A DNA stretch of 64,000 nucleotides from Ignavibacteriota bacterium (GTDB lineage: Bacteria > Bacteroidota > Ignavibacteria > UBA10030 > CAVZMI01), in contig CAVZMI010000003.1 of the NCBI GenBank assembly GCA_963776275.1, positions 16,607 through 80,606 of the forward strand, read 5' to 3'. Made by a program: the position numbers and the translations under genes. This document shows, piece by piece, positions 20,587 to 31,282 of the stretch; the stretch's first letter is position 1; each line of letters starts with the position of its first letter. The notes under the pieces were generated by a model. The model saw only the letters and a list, made by a program, of their open reading frames with translations. It did not search any database and was not told the DNA's origin.

Positions 20587-21081
20587 TTACGACTGGATGG
20601 TTGCACCTTTTTGCATTGCCATCTCGATCTCAGAGCGCCGCCCTGACGGAATAACAATCTCGGTAACGTCGATATGAGATGCCGCAGGATCTTGTTTAAA
20701 TTCAAGTCGGAGAAACGCACGCCCCTCATTTTCTACAATCGACCAGCTTGTCACTTGATGCCAATAAAGTCGAAGCCCGCCATTCCTGACAAGGATCCCA
20801 TCCTGGCCAATGTACTCATACCCCAGAGGTCGATACATATATATTGGCAGCAATGCGATAAAGGCGAAAATAATTAATGGCTCAATGGTTCGATAGAGTA
20901 CTATACCGAAAACTACGACATAGATAATCATCATGATAAAAAAACGGATTTTCGAAACCTTGGTTTGCCATCGAAATTCGATAATTCCTATGCTCTTGAC
21001 CATCGAGCGTTGCTTATAAATGCCAAAAGCCGAAAGGAGAATCGCAGCGATAAGTATTACTACCAATTCGGTTTTCATCAA
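20587..21081 (-). CDS. Hypothetical 3-TM protein with C-terminal PH-like domain, paralog 2
   Basis: IGQDGILVRNGGLRLYWHQVTSW...VIPSGRR. Confidence 0.65.
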   Translation of the reverse strand: MMKTELVVILIAAILLSAFGIYKQRSMVKSIGIIEFRWQTKVSKIRFFIMMIIYVVVFGIVLYRTIEPLIIFAFIALLPIYMYRPLGYEYIGQDGILVRNGGLRLYWHQVTSWSIVENEGRAFLRLEFKQDPAASHIDVTEIVIPSGRRSEIEMAMQKGATIQS

Positions 21082-21599
21082 TTGCTCCGTGGTAATTGAA
21101 TCGATGGAATGAAATTTTGAAAGAGCGCAAGAGTTACTTTTACCATCCGCCGTGGGATAACAAAGTTGACAGTCTGTCCTTTCTGCGCGGAGTTGTCATC
21201 ACTCCATGTCACGCTCATATGATGCTTTCCGGTTTTCTCCCACACGGAAAATTGTGAGATATTTTTCCAGAGAATCGACCTGCGATAAATAAAAATTCCA
21301 TGTTCGCCTATGATTATCGTACTTCCCAGGACATTCATTAGTCCCGAAAAAAAAGCCCCAAGAAAAATAAGCTTTGCATAGCGGCTTGTCGAATACTGGT
21401 ATAATATGACCGAGAACGATACTCCGAGGATACACCAAAGAATAAGCGCAAGCCGAATCTGTCCCGGCCGCCATTGGAGAAGTGTCTTCCCTACCACTCG
21501 CCGTTTCCGGATGGCAGTATACGAAAATGTGATCGGAATTGCCAATACCAATATCACGAGAACTATAATTGTGATTTCATCCAGTGATATATTGCTCAT
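21078..21599 (-). CDS. Hypothetical 3-TM protein with C-terminal PH-like domain, paralog 1
   Basis: IGEHGIFIYRRSILWKNISQF...VIPRRM; start overlaps the upstream stop (ATGA). Confidence 0.65.
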   Translation of the reverse strand: MSNISLDEITIIVLVILVLAIPITFSYTAIRKRRVVGKTLLQWRPGQIRLALILWCILGVSFSVILYQYSTSRYAKLIFLGAFFSGLMNVLGSTIIIGEHGIFIYRRSILWKNISQFSVWEKTGKHHMSVTWSDDNSAQKGQTVNFVIPRRMVKVTLALFQNFIPSIQLPRSN

Positions 21600-23773
21600 A
21601 GAGGCTCCCGTTGCGCATACCGTTTCGAGCTGTAGGTAACTAACATTTCAAAAAAAGCGCATGCCAGAGCACAGATCATCGCAAAACGCCATAATTCCTG
21701 ACCATAGCGAGATTCAAGAATCATCGCTTGTGCGCTCTTCGTCGGATCAATCCCGACGATTCGGTTGTCTGATATCCCGTAGGCTATGATGTGTGATCTG
21801 AATGCCGGCTCGTCCAGAGGAGTCAAATCTGATTCCTTCGGATCCATGTTTACGGCGCACTGAGCATAAGGACTTATTCCGTGCATGATTGTATAGAGTC
21901 CGTTCAGCGAAGTTGAATCCGTCACTGTAGATGAATGCCGTCCGGAATTCAGGAGAGGTTTGACCCGCGTCTCATCGCCATCCGGGGCGACAACCGACCA
22001 GGGCATTTGATCGCCAGATAGGAGCGATGGAATCGAGAAAGTGATGGGATCGCCGCAAAAGGCTGCATTGATAGGAACAGCCACCTGTGCACCATAGAGT
22101 ATTGTGCGATACAGAAGGGGGACAAAAAGGCCTTTGAGCGGGAATTCCGACCACTCTGCTGTCGGCGGAACGGCGTAGAAAAGTATCTTACCCTCGCCCG
22201 AAGGATATTCGGTCAGAAATCCATTTCCATCGGAAAGTGCGATGAGAGTGTTACTTCGCGAGACGGGATGGATGACCACCGATTGAAACACACGGGGTGC
22301 GTCGGAAAGCTGTATTTCGTTTCGCGGCCGGGCTCCGGATGCGCGATCGTGTTCATGAGATTCAAACATTCCATTGAAAATCGGATGGCGGTCATCGACG
22401 TGTTCGAGTGTCCGAAATCGTTCACGTTCCTGCATATTCCCGTTGATCGAGTCGACACCTGAAAGATTCAAAGCGGACGCAAGTCGGTGCAGTGAAGCAG
22501 GGAAAATATTTTTCCCGGGGAATAGGATTAGCGTTCCGCCGCTCTTCGTATATTCTTTGAGTCGTTGAAGAGCATCGGCCGACGGTTCGTTGGAGATGGA
22601 GGAGATAACTACGTTCATATCGCGTAGATTTGTCGAGGTCACGCCGTTCCATGTTGAGGATGTAGTCGAAAAGATAGAGGAATGTGCAGCGGATTGCGAA
22701 ATTTCAAGAGCTGTTCTGACAAATGTAAAATCCTCGGGTGATTGAGCCACGAGAAGAATCCGAATTGTTTGTGGAATATTTACCGAGAAATACCGGATGT
22801 TGTCGTATTCACATTGATCATCCTCGATGCGGATGCTCCCATCATTCAAACCGCGGTGCTGCAGAAGAAGAGGAAATTCTATCGTAGCGCTTTGCTGCGG
22901 AGCCAGATCGATCGATTTTTGTTGAACCCTTGCTTTTCCCAGATAGGCGCTGACCACAAACGTATGGAGTGGAGTCAGTCCGAAATTTTTCACCGTTGCC
23001 GAAACGATGCACGGCCGGTCGAGATCGAAGAGTGTATTTTCAATTCGGGTATCGATAATCCCGGCATTATTTTTTGATGAACCTCCGAATGTCGAAAAGA
23101 AAATTTTTACGTTATTGTTGAAGAGTGTGCGAATTGTCGAAGAATCAGACTGAGGTTGAATAGTGCCTCGCTGCATATCCGAGAGTATAAAGATTTCTTT
23201 ATTTGGATTGGTCGAATGTTGCAGCAGTCGTGCGGAGGCACGAAGCGCATCATCAATCGGTCGATAAACCGCCGAGAGTTTTGTTTCGCGAACGATTGCT
23301 TTAAGAAGAGTGGTATTCTGTGTTGGAGCATCAAATGGTGTTTTTCCTCCTCCGGAGAGCTTTAAAACAAGTCCGTCGTCTCCTTCACGAAGCATTGAAA
23401 GAAGTTCGTTGGCACGGGCCTGTGCTTGTGATAGAAGTATTCCGTGTTCATCCGTTCGTCCCATACTATATGAATCGTCCAGGATAATGATCATAGTCGT
23501 TGCCGAGTGTCCTCCGGACCCCATACTGAAAGTACCGCGGAGTACGGGCCGCGCAAAAGCTAACACGATAAATAGAATGAGAAGAGTTCGAAGAATAAGA
23601 AGAAGCCAGTATTGAAACTTCAACCGCCGGAGTGTGCTTTTTTGGAGTTCCTGAAGAAACGAAACGGTACTAAATTCTATGACCCTAAGCTTACGCAGAT
23701 TGAAAATATGGAGCAGCAGCGGAAAAGCAGCCGCGATTAAACCGACTAATACTGCTGGATTGAGGAACGTCAT
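21596..23773 (-). CDS. BatA-type N-terminal double-TM / VWA domain membrane protein
   Basis: MTFLNP...PLLLHIFNLRK...FSTVSFL...LLLILR...AFARP; MIDAS DDSYS; ILSDMQ; C-terminal ELWR+TM. Confidence 0.85.
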   Translation of the reverse strand: MTFLNPAVLVGLIAAAFPLLLHIFNLRKLRVIEFSTVSFLQELQKSTLRRLKFQYWLLLILRTLLILFIVLAFARPVLRGTFSMGSGGHSATTMIIILDDSYSMGRTDEHGILLSQAQARANELLSMLREGDDGLVLKLSGGGKTPFDAPTQNTTLLKAIVRETKLSAVYRPIDDALRASARLLQHSTNPNKEIFILSDMQRGTIQPQSDSSTIRTLFNNNVKIFFSTFGGSSKNNAGIIDTRIENTLFDLDRPCIVSATVKNFGLTPLHTFVVSAYLGKARVQQKSIDLAPQQSATIEFPLLLQHRGLNDGSIRIEDDQCEYDNIRYFSVNIPQTIRILLVAQSPEDFTFVRTALEISQSAAHSSIFSTTSSTWNGVTSTNLRDMNVVISSISNEPSADALQRLKEYTKSGGTLILFPGKNIFPASLHRLASALNLSGVDSINGNMQERERFRTLEHVDDRHPIFNGMFESHEHDRASGARPRNEIQLSDAPRVFQSVVIHPVSRSNTLIALSDGNGFLTEYPSGEGKILFYAVPPTAEWSEFPLKGLFVPLLYRTILYGAQVAVPINAAFCGDPITFSIPSLLSGDQMPWSVVAPDGDETRVKPLLNSGRHSSTVTDSTSLNGLYTIMHGISPYAQCAVNMDPKESDLTPLDEPAFRSHIIAYGISDNRIVGIDPTKSAQAMILESRYGQELWRFAMICALACAFFEMLVTYSSKRYAQREPL

Positions 23774-24069
23774 TCGATGCGCATGCCTTCGCAACGATTC
23801 ATAAAAAAATTAGATGGTAAAACAATTTTCCTTCCGACTATCCCGTGACAAAAAATATTGATAGATCATCGAGATTATTGTACAATAGCGACAATTGTCA
23901 CAAAAAGCAAGGTACGATATTTCTCCCGATATGGGACGTGCAGACAATAGAATCCGGGAAAGTCATTGAATTAATTCGGAGGGAAAGACTCAAATGTCTG
24001 CTCTGTGTTGTGTGGGTACTATTTTTCTGGTTAGTACCGCTCCAGCTATTATTTTAAAATAATTATATG

Positions 24070-24252
24070 TGTTGGAGTCCCGCTCTCCGAGAGGGATGCC
24101 ACTTTTATAGTGGTAAAAAAAGTTGGAGTGGCACTAGTGTCGAGTACCAAAAATAACTTGACTTGTGTCGAGCATCAGTCGGGACGCGAGTGCCCTAACA
24201 ACATTTCATTCCTACTAAAAAAGGGCATCCCGCTCTTCGAGCGGGATGTCGA
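24070..24252. repeat. Inverted pair of REP-like palindromes
   Basis: TCCCGCTCTCCGAGAGGGATGCC (~24078) and GGCATCCCGCTCTTCGAGCGGGAT (~24224) are near reverse complements; the second is a perfect hairpin. Confidence 0.6.
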
Positions 24253-24384
24253 CTATTAAATTCATTTAGAATTATATAATTGGAACAGTGAGAATTCAAT
24301 TGAGTGAATTCAGTCGATTCCGCCCGGGAATGCATGTTATTATGCTCCGACTTATTCAAGTAATTTTTGAATCGAGACACTAGT
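24133..24384. mobile_element. MITE-like element, copy 1
   Basis: Ends ACTAGTGTCGAGTACCAAAAATAACTT and AAGTAATTTTTGAATCGAGACACTAGT are imperfect terminal inverted repeats; the same ends recur at 55575-55850; no credible ORF. Confidence 0.7.
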
Positions 24385-24394
24385 TGTGAAGATA

Positions 24395-24904
24395 TCACGA
24401 GCGGCGTCGGAAAATCATTGTCAGACCGATGAGGATCAGGAGAACAGGCCAGTATTCCCCTTTGTCATATATTACAAGGAAGAATACTCCTGCAATTCCA
24501 GTCAGGATGAAAGCGGGTATCAGAAGTCCGGTATCATGCGGGCCAAAAACGTACATTGCAAAGAAACCGATTCCCGGTGCAGCGATGAACAGTGGCCAGA
24601 GAGTGTTCATGTATTCCCATCCAAGCCATGCACATACGGTAAATATCACTCCGATGACGATAAGAATGCTGGCCGGCATGAGCACGCCGAAATTTTTTCG
24701 GTCACGGGCGTAGAGTACAATAAATCCAATCCCGCCGATGATCATTACCAGGGGCCAGAGATGTCTCCAGCCTAATTCAGTCGCATTTAAAATCAGGAAT
24801 ATTATTCCCAGGAAAATGAGGATGATTCCTGCAGTTCTTGACTCTTTTGAGGCAGCCATAACGGGCCTTTCGGTGTCTACAGAATTATTGGGAGAAGCAT
24901 GCAA
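24395..24904 (-). CDS. LiaF/LiaI-like transmembrane-repeat protein
   Basis: Repeated GIILIFLG...LWPL...IGG units (LWPL, LWPL, YWPV). Confidence 0.7.
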   Translation of the reverse strand: MHASPNNSVDTERPVMAASKESRTAGIILIFLGIIFLILNATELGWRHLWPLVMIIGGIGFIVLYARDRKNFGVLMPASILIVIGVIFTVCAWLGWEYMNTLWPLFIAAPGIGFFAMYVFGPHDTGLLIPAFILTGIAGVFFLVIYDKGEYWPVLLILIGLTMIFRRRS

Positions 24905-25229
24905 GCGCCTCGTTTTGATCCTTATACACTTCGAATATCAGCGCAAGTTTTGTAATTATGAAAATGCTGTTAATTTGTTTTTCAACATTACAAAGAACAA
25001 CGCGGCTGTTTCGTTTCGTGTAGTTCACGTGAGTCGACGTCAGCAGTCCGAGTGCGGTACTGTTGATGTAATGAACTTTTCCAAGATCGATCACAAGCTT
25101 TGTATTTCCCTGGGTCACAGCATCGTTGATGGCATTTCGCAGCTCATCGGTTTCGGTTCCGCCGATTAGTTCCCCTTTCGGTTCGATGACGATAATTCCC
25201 CCCTCCTCAAATCGTGTCACTTTTGTCAT
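24885..25229 (-). CDS. STAS-domain anti-sigma factor antagonist
   Basis: IEPKGELIGG...LVIDLGKVHYINSTALG...ITKL; GGAGG RBS. Confidence 0.9.
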   Translation of the reverse strand: MTKVTRFEEGGIIVIEPKGELIGGTETDELRNAINDAVTQGNTKLVIDLGKVHYINSTALGLLTSTHVNYTKRNSRVVLCNVEKQINSIFIITKLALIFEVYKDQNEALACFSQ

Positions 25230-25309
25230 ACTCTTTCCCTCCTCCTGTGAGACGCATTCGGTTCATCTGTCTCACGTTTATAATAACGTTTCTTTTCTTC
25301 GTATAAATA

Positions 25310-25336
25310 TATACGAGTTGTTGCCTCACGAGTTAC
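25310..25336 (-). promoter_or_regulatory. Putative ECF-sigma promoter
   Basis: GTAAC-N16-CGTAT on minus strand upstream of the STAS-liaF-like operon. Confidence 0.35.
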
Positions 25337-25411
25337 GTATTATTTCCCCTATACCTTTCTTGGTTTGTTAATCCTGGTACAAATCATCATTACAAAAATG
25401 TTGAGGGTTTT

Positions 25412-25681
25412 TTACAGGACCTTTTGAATTCCACGCTCTTTCAGTTTTTGCAGGATTATTGCATTTACTTCTGTTTTGGTGATGAGCAGCCGGGATCGGG
25501 CAATGCGAATCGCTTCTTCCAGATTTGGAATTTTTCCTGCAAGGAACTGCCACACATGGTATCCGAGACGAGCACGATCGTTCGGTTCACGAACTGGAAT
25601 CGTTTCAACAGATGCATAGGCAATTTTCTCGAGGGCGTGGTCGGGAAATCCCACAACAGCTGAATGGTGTCGTGTTGTCAA
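25412..25681 (-). CDS. Small hypothetical protein
   Basis: 89 aa, TTG start with AGGA upstream, protein-like composition, co-oriented with neighbours. Confidence 0.55.
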   Translation of the reverse strand: MTTRHHSAVVGFPDHALEKIAYASVETIPVREPNDRARLGYHVWQFLAGKIPNLEEAIRIARSRLLITKTEVNAIILQKLKERGIQKVL

Positions 25682-25760
25682 TGTAAAGGATTCCTGCTGA
25701 TAAAAACAGCTTAAAAATTACAAGTGAAATGAAACCTGTGAAAGAGGAATTCGTTCACGT

Positions 25761-28700
25761 TTAAAAATCTGCTCCCAGCGATATATAGTAACGTGGTTCA
25801 TAAAATCCCCGGATATCATACCGCCAGGCGACATCAATCCGAACAAGGAATCCCAGGAAGAACACGCGAACCCCTGTGCCTGTCCCCATCAGAATGTCAC
25901 GCGCGTAAGCGTTTCCTTCGGCGTCGCGGTCGACTCCTTTAAAGTCGCTGTTATGTGTCCATGCAGATCCGATATCCGCAAAGAGTACACCGGTGACATT
26001 CTGAAATGCAAAAGGAAGAACGCCTGGTATAAAATATCGAATAAACGGGAAACGCAGCTCAAGATTCATGAGAGCCGCTTTCGTCCCAAGCTGTGCGGCA
26101 TAATCAAAACCGCGGAGCGGCAGCACCGGTGTCAGGAATACAAAATCTTCCGCATCCTGGATGGGGATTCCGCTATATCCGAACGACCGGTTGATCCAAT
26201 TCTCGGTGCCTCCGATAAAATACCGCTGCGGTTTCGAGCCGAAGCTTGTTCCGCCAAAGCCGCGCATCACGAATGTAAAATCCTTCCCAAGCCTGATATA
26301 TTTTCGGTAGTCTGCGTCGATTTTCATAAACTCGATGCCGTTTGAAAAAACCCGTGGGCTTGCCATAAAAGTCAGTGAATAACGCTCGCCGTTGTTCGGT
26401 CCGGTGTATCCCCACAGTGTATTATCGTGCGTATAGCCGATGACAGGGAGTAGGAGAGAACGTTCCTGTGAATTGTATCCGGAGTAATCTAGATTTTCTT
26501 TCAGAATTGTGTACCATGCAAGTTCAAGATCGATCCTGTTGAATTTATCAATCGGATAGGAAGCAGAGAAAATGCCGCCATACGTTCTGAACCGGTAGAG
26601 ATATGCCGTTCCATCCGGGTCATCGATATACAGAAAGCGTGCGCTGTGGAAACCTTGAATTCCGAGATCAATGCGGTTGGGTAAATAATAATATGCCAGA
26701 TAGTAATCGCTGTTCTTGAGATCGATATTCAGGTTTGTCGCAAAGTATATCTGGTGGTCGCCCAGCATATCGCTGAACAACATTTGCGTCGTTCCCTCAA
26801 CGCCGAAGAATGTGCTGAAACCTGCATTCCCGTATATGATATCAGGTGAAAAGTTCAGTTTGTACTTATTCACCTTATAGTGTCCACTGGAATCGATATT
26901 ATTTGATATATTGAAAACGTCATATCGCGTTGGAGTTTTCCGCTTGGTGGTGTCGAATGCGAATCTCTCGGCAAACACATAGTTTTTGAAATCTATGCGG
27001 ATATTCTTGCCGTACACCTGAGCGAGCGAGTCGCTCTTTGCTTTTTGTGCTGTGCTATCGTTCGGTGTTGATGGCGGAATATTCTGGGTCGAGTCAACAG
27101 CTCCCCGCTTGAGCCATTCGGTCAGCTCAAGTTTCTGAATTTTCAGATCTCTCTCGAACGGAGTCTTCATCAAATAAATATCGAACCCGGCTTCGGCCAG
27201 CGAGGCAAACACGAGTTTATTTCCATCGTGTGACAACGAAAGCTGGTAAATTCCGCTTAATGAATTTGTTACGGGTCGTTCCTTTCCCGATGCAATGTCT
27301 TTTTCATAGATATTATTAATCCCGTTTCGATTGGAAATAAAGAGTATCTTTTTCCCGTCGGATGATACAACGGTAGAAGTCTCGTCGGCATCAGTTGTTG
27401 TTGTGACACGGGTGATGATACCTGTCTCGACATTGATGTTGTAAATATTTATCTGACTGTGGGTGAAGTCCTGTATGCGGAAATCTGCCGGGATGCTTTG
27501 CCCGTCGAGGTACTCGCCTCGTTCGGAAGAAAAATAGATACTTTTTCCGTCGGGTGCCCAGACAGGATCGAGGTCGGTAAAAATATCATCAGTCAGGTTC
27601 TTCATCTGATGGGTCGTGAGGTCGTATATATAGATATCCGATCGGTCGCTGGTATTTCCGACAAAGGCTAATTGATCGCCTCTCGGAGACCAGTCGACTG
27701 TGAACACGCCGTCGAGGGGGATTGAAATTTTTTCCTCATCACCACTTTCGACGTCGACAAGAAAAATCGCATCGTGTTCTCCTGCTTTCGTTGCAAGGGC
27801 GATCCGTTTTCCATCGGGAGACCAGGTTAGCCCCGGTGTAAGGAGATGGAGCTCCTCAAAATTCTTTGTCCGCTGTCCGCTCACAACTTTATTAAGAATT
27901 TCGCCGTCGAGAGCCGACATCAGATAAATGTCAAAATAATCGGCGCGGTCGGAGAGAAACACGATCTTATCACCCTGCGGGGAGATTGCCGGACTGGTGT
28001 TGTAAAAATTGCCCCCTTTCACATGATTTGTCAACCGCTTGGCGAAGCTTGCGGGCTCCTCGCGTTTGGCAATATCAGGCCAGTACATGACCTTCTGTTC
28101 TTTCTGCCAGCGTTCGTTAAGTTCTTCGAGACTCAAACCGAGAGTCCCCTTCATTCCCTGTTCGACGCTTTTTGTTGCCCGTATGTGGTTGAGAATTTCT
28201 CCGATTTTTTGCTCGCCGTACTTGTTAGCGATATACCACCATATCGATTGCCCTCCACGATATGCAAAATAACCGCCGAGATATTGGATCGGGGGAATGT
28301 ATTGGTGGATTGTCGCATCGCGCATGAACATGTCCGAGTTCGTTTCCCACCTGCTCGATTCATATTCCGCAAGACCCTCGTTAAACCACATCGGCAGCTG
28401 CAGGCGGATGTTATTCGTGATGATCGATTGTATTGAACCGCCGTAGAACATATCATTGATCACGGCATGAACAAGCTCGTGGTGGATTACATGACGGAAT
28501 TGCGGATAATTCCCCTCGAAAGGAACGACAACACGATTCTTAAAGAGTTCGGTAACGCCGCCAATCCCTTCTTCCAGATAATCGGAAACGACATTGGTCT
28601 GCTGCCAGTCGTTGTGTGAATTGTAAACGATGATGGGAATACGGTTGTTTATCTGGTAGCGGAATTCTTTGCTGATGGAACTTAGCGCATTTTCCGCGAC

Positions 28701-28889
28701 GTTGGCAACATATCGGGCGAGATATTCACCGTCCTGCGTAAAGTAAATGTCAAAATGCGTCGATTGTATGAACGAATATTCAAATTTTTTATATTGGACC
28801 TTATTCTTCCCGAATTGTGCCGTAAGGAGCGAGGGAAAAACTATCAACAGTAGAAAAAATAAACTCCGAAAAATTATGTCTCTTTTCAT
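25761..28889 (-). CDS. Omp85-superfamily protein: gluzincin peptidase + TolB-like (PD40) propeller + beta-barrel
   Basis: Signal peptide, QFGKNKVQY; HELVH...WFNEGLAEY; SPAISPQG/WSPDG/WSPRG/WAPDG repeats; PLRGF, NLELRFP, FADIG, C-terminal SLGADF. Confidence 0.88.
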   Translation of the reverse strand: MKRDIIFRSLFFLLLIVFPSLLTAQFGKNKVQYKKFEYSFIQSTHFDIYFTQDGEYLARYVANVAENALSSISKEFRYQINNRIPIIVYNSHNDWQQTNVVSDYLEEGIGGVTELFKNRVVVPFEGNYPQFRHVIHHELVHAVINDMFYGGSIQSIITNNIRLQLPMWFNEGLAEYESSRWETNSDMFMRDATIHQYIPPIQYLGGYFAYRGGQSIWWYIANKYGEQKIGEILNHIRATKSVEQGMKGTLGLSLEELNERWQKEQKVMYWPDIAKREEPASFAKRLTNHVKGGNFYNTSPAISPQGDKIVFLSDRADYFDIYLMSALDGEILNKVVSGQRTKNFEELHLLTPGLTWSPDGKRIALATKAGEHDAIFLVDVESGDEEKISIPLDGVFTVDWSPRGDQLAFVGNTSDRSDIYIYDLTTHQMKNLTDDIFTDLDPVWAPDGKSIYFSSERGEYLDGQSIPADFRIQDFTHSQINIYNINVETGIITRVTTTTDADETSTVVSSDGKKILFISNRNGINNIYEKDIASGKERPVTNSLSGIYQLSLSHDGNKLVFASLAEAGFDIYLMKTPFERDLKIQKLELTEWLKRGAVDSTQNIPPSTPNDSTAQKAKSDSLAQVYGKNIRIDFKNYVFAERFAFDTTKRKTPTRYDVFNISNNIDSSGHYKVNKYKLNFSPDIIYGNAGFSTFFGVEGTTQMLFSDMLGDHQIYFATNLNIDLKNSDYYLAYYYLPNRIDLGIQGFHSARFLYIDDPDGTAYLYRFRTYGGIFSASYPIDKFNRIDLELAWYTILKENLDYSGYNSQERSLLLPVIGYTHDNTLWGYTGPNNGERYSLTFMASPRVFSNGIEFMKIDADYRKYIRLGKDFTFVMRGFGGTSFGSKPQRYFIGGTENWINRSFGYSGIPIQDAEDFVFLTPVLPLRGFDYAAQLGTKAALMNLELRFPFIRYFIPGVLPFAFQNVTGVLFADIGSAWTHNSDFKGVDRDAEGNAYARDILMGTGTGVRVFFLGFLVRIDVAWRYDIRGFYEPRYYISLGADF

Positions 28890-29003
28890 TGAAGTCCCTT
28901 TAAAATTATACCTTCCCACAGGGTTTATTCTATTGAATTTCTTCGCGAAAAGCAATGTTACAGACCAAAGCCAATAAAGGTTTTGAGACTCTTTTTCATA
29001 TGT

Positions 29004-29031
29004 TTAGACACATAAACAAACAACTAGTTTG
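29004..29031 (-). promoter_or_regulatory. Putative ECF/sigmaE-like promoter
   Basis: CAAAC-N16-TGTCTAA on minus strand upstream of the Omp85 fusion. Confidence 0.35.
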
Positions 29032-29136
29032 ATAATACGGAAGTTCTTCTGTCGGGAAAGCCGTTTGTTTAGCAAAAGCTGGAATTCCATGTAAATGCCG
29101 GGTTATTCCAACTGAATAATTCCAGTTGGAGAGGGA

Positions 29137-31263
29137 TTAGCTTACGAGGGTAAAATCGACCTCCCGATTCTCGATACTAACGCTTATAACCTGCACCTTC
29201 ACCTTATCGCCGATTCTATATCGCTTTCCTGTATTACGGCCGATCAAAGCGTATTTTTTTTCATCATACATGTAATAATCGTCTTCCATGTCCCGTACCC
29301 GGACCATTCCTTCAATAAGAAAGTCGTTAATTTCAACAAAAATACCAAAATTCGACACCCCTGACACTATTCCATGGAGTTCATCTCCAATATGACGATC
29401 CATATATTCTACTTGTTTGATCTTGACCGATTCCCTCTCGGCGTCGGTTGCTTTCCGCTCGGTCTCGGAGCACTGCAGACAGACATTCGGAAGGATATTT
29501 GTAAAATGCGTACGTCGTTCCGCAGACATCCCCACCGCGTATTCCTGAAGAAGTCGGTGGATAAAAAGGTCGGGATACCGGCGAATCGGTGAAGTAAATT
29601 GAGAATAATGCCTGAATCCTAATCCGAAATGACCGATGTTCTTTTCCGAATAGATTGCTTTTGCCATCGATCGAATGGCCACATCATTTATCACATACTC
29701 TTCTTCTGTCCCTTTAACGGCTTCCAGTAATTTTTGCAGATCCTTTGCTTGAAGATGGTCGGGATTGAGTCTATAACCGAAATTTGCGACGAATGTTGCG
29801 AGATCTTTCAACTTTCCGGGATCGGGAACATCATGCACGCGATAAATGAACGGATTTTGATTTTCGTTACTCCTTGAAGCGCCGATATGACGGGCCACTG
29901 TTTTATTTGCCAGCAGCATGAACTCTTCAATCAACCGATGTGAATCGAGTCGGGTTTTCTTAATAATTTCCACCGGGTATCCGTCTTCATCGAATCTGAA
30001 CTGAGCTTCGGGCGTTTCGAAATCGATGCTTCCTTCTCGCATCCGTTTTTTCGTCAGCATTGTACTGAGCCGATGCATTGCGAGGATTGTGTCGTCAAAT
30101 TCACCCTTACCCTGATCGATGATCTTTTGGACTTCTTCATATGTAAACCGCCGTTTGCTGGAAATTATCGATTTCACGATTTCATATTCCTGAACGGTTC
30201 CGCGGGGAGTGATATTCATAAATACGGAGTAAGTGAGTCGGTCTTTATGCGGCTGTAAACTGCACAGATCGTTCGACAGATGTTCCGGAAGCATCGGGAT
30301 AACGCTGTTGGCTAGATATACGCTGGTTCCCCGCCGAAGCGCTTCGGCGTCGAGTACGGAACCTTCGCGGACGTAATACCCGACATCGGCAATATGAACG
30401 CCAAGGCGCGCAGTTCCATCTGGAAGATGTTCAAGGGAAACAGCGTCATCGAAATCGCGTGCGTTTTCCGGATCGATCGTAAAGCAGAGAAGCGGCCGGC
30501 AATCTTTTCTGCCTGCTAGTTCGTCTCTGGGAATAACGGCGGAAAAATTTTGCGATTCGCGTATGACATCGCGCGGGAATTCCGTCCTAAGATCAAACGC
30601 CCGGGCCACCGATAGAAGTTCTGCTGAGGGGTCGCCTGCTCTGCCCAGAATTTCAATGACCCGGCCTTCAGGATTCAAATGCTCCGATTCCCATGGCTCG
30701 AGTTGTATGACAACCTTGTCACCGTTTTTTGCACCACCGAGAGATTGACGAGAAATATAAATGTCCCGCCGTACACGGGCGTCGTCGGGGATCACAAAAA
30801 AGAAATTCCGTGTCTTGGTAAGTTTTCCGACAACTGTTGTGCGGGCACGATGGAGTATCCGGATGATTTCGCCTTCTTCCCGCCGTTCGGTTTGAGGAAG
30901 CTTTCCCCCTTTTTTGGGCATTGATACTGCAAACAGCGAGACTACGACGGTATCGCCGTCAAGCGCTGTTCCCATAAACCGCTGGCTGACGAATGCCTCT
31001 TCTCCATTATCATCAAGAACAAAACCGAACCCCTGTTTCGTTACTCTTAGTGTTCCTGTAATCGTACTTTTTTTCTTCACTGCAGTGTATCGCCGCCCCT
31101 TTAGCCTTTGGATTTCTTCTGCATCGCTCATGGAGTGAAGAAGAGTACGGAAATTGCGGTAGTCGTCTTCATCGCGAATCGAGAGACGTCGTGCAAGCTC
31201 TTTGGATTTAAAGGACTCATTTGGATGATGGGCAAAAAAATCAAGTATCCGTTGTTTTAGCAT
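29137..31263 (-). CDS. rnr: Ribonuclease R
   Basis: N-terminal HTH, cold-shock domains, TIDPENARDFDDA, HFGLG...FTSPIRRYPDL, S1 domain. Confidence 0.97.
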   Translation of the reverse strand: MLKQRILDFFAHHPNESFKSKELARRLSIRDEDDYRNFRTLLHSMSDAEEIQRLKGRRYTAVKKKSTITGTLRVTKQGFGFVLDDNGEEAFVSQRFMGTALDGDTVVVSLFAVSMPKKGGKLPQTERREEGEIIRILHRARTTVVGKLTKTRNFFFVIPDDARVRRDIYISRQSLGGAKNGDKVVIQLEPWESEHLNPEGRVIEILGRAGDPSAELLSVARAFDLRTEFPRDVIRESQNFSAVIPRDELAGRKDCRPLLCFTIDPENARDFDDAVSLEHLPDGTARLGVHIADVGYYVREGSVLDAEALRRGTSVYLANSVIPMLPEHLSNDLCSLQPHKDRLTYSVFMNITPRGTVQEYEIVKSIISSKRRFTYEEVQKIIDQGKGEFDDTILAMHRLSTMLTKKRMREGSIDFETPEAQFRFDEDGYPVEIIKKTRLDSHRLIEEFMLLANKTVARHIGASRSNENQNPFIYRVHDVPDPGKLKDLATFVANFGYRLNPDHLQAKDLQKLLEAVKGTEEEYVINDVAIRSMAKAIYSEKNIGHFGLGFRHYSQFTSPIRRYPDLFIHRLLQEYAVGMSAERRTHFTNILPNVCLQCSETERKATDAERESVKIKQVEYMDRHIGDELHGIVSGVSNFGIFVEINDFLIEGMVRVRDMEDDYYMYDEKKYALIGRNTGKRYRIGDKVKVQVISVSIENREVDFTLVS

Positions 31264-31282
31264 AGGGATATTGTGGGAAAAT

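Noticed and set aside
23888-23903. GCGACAATTGTCAC palindrome as a second site for the 38082 operator
   Set aside because: Half-site spacing is 2 nt rather than 4 nt; insufficient support
23845-24398. Short ORFs 23845-24057 (+) and 24195-24398 (-)
   Set aside because: Lie in promoter and repeat DNA; no RBS or recognisable motifs
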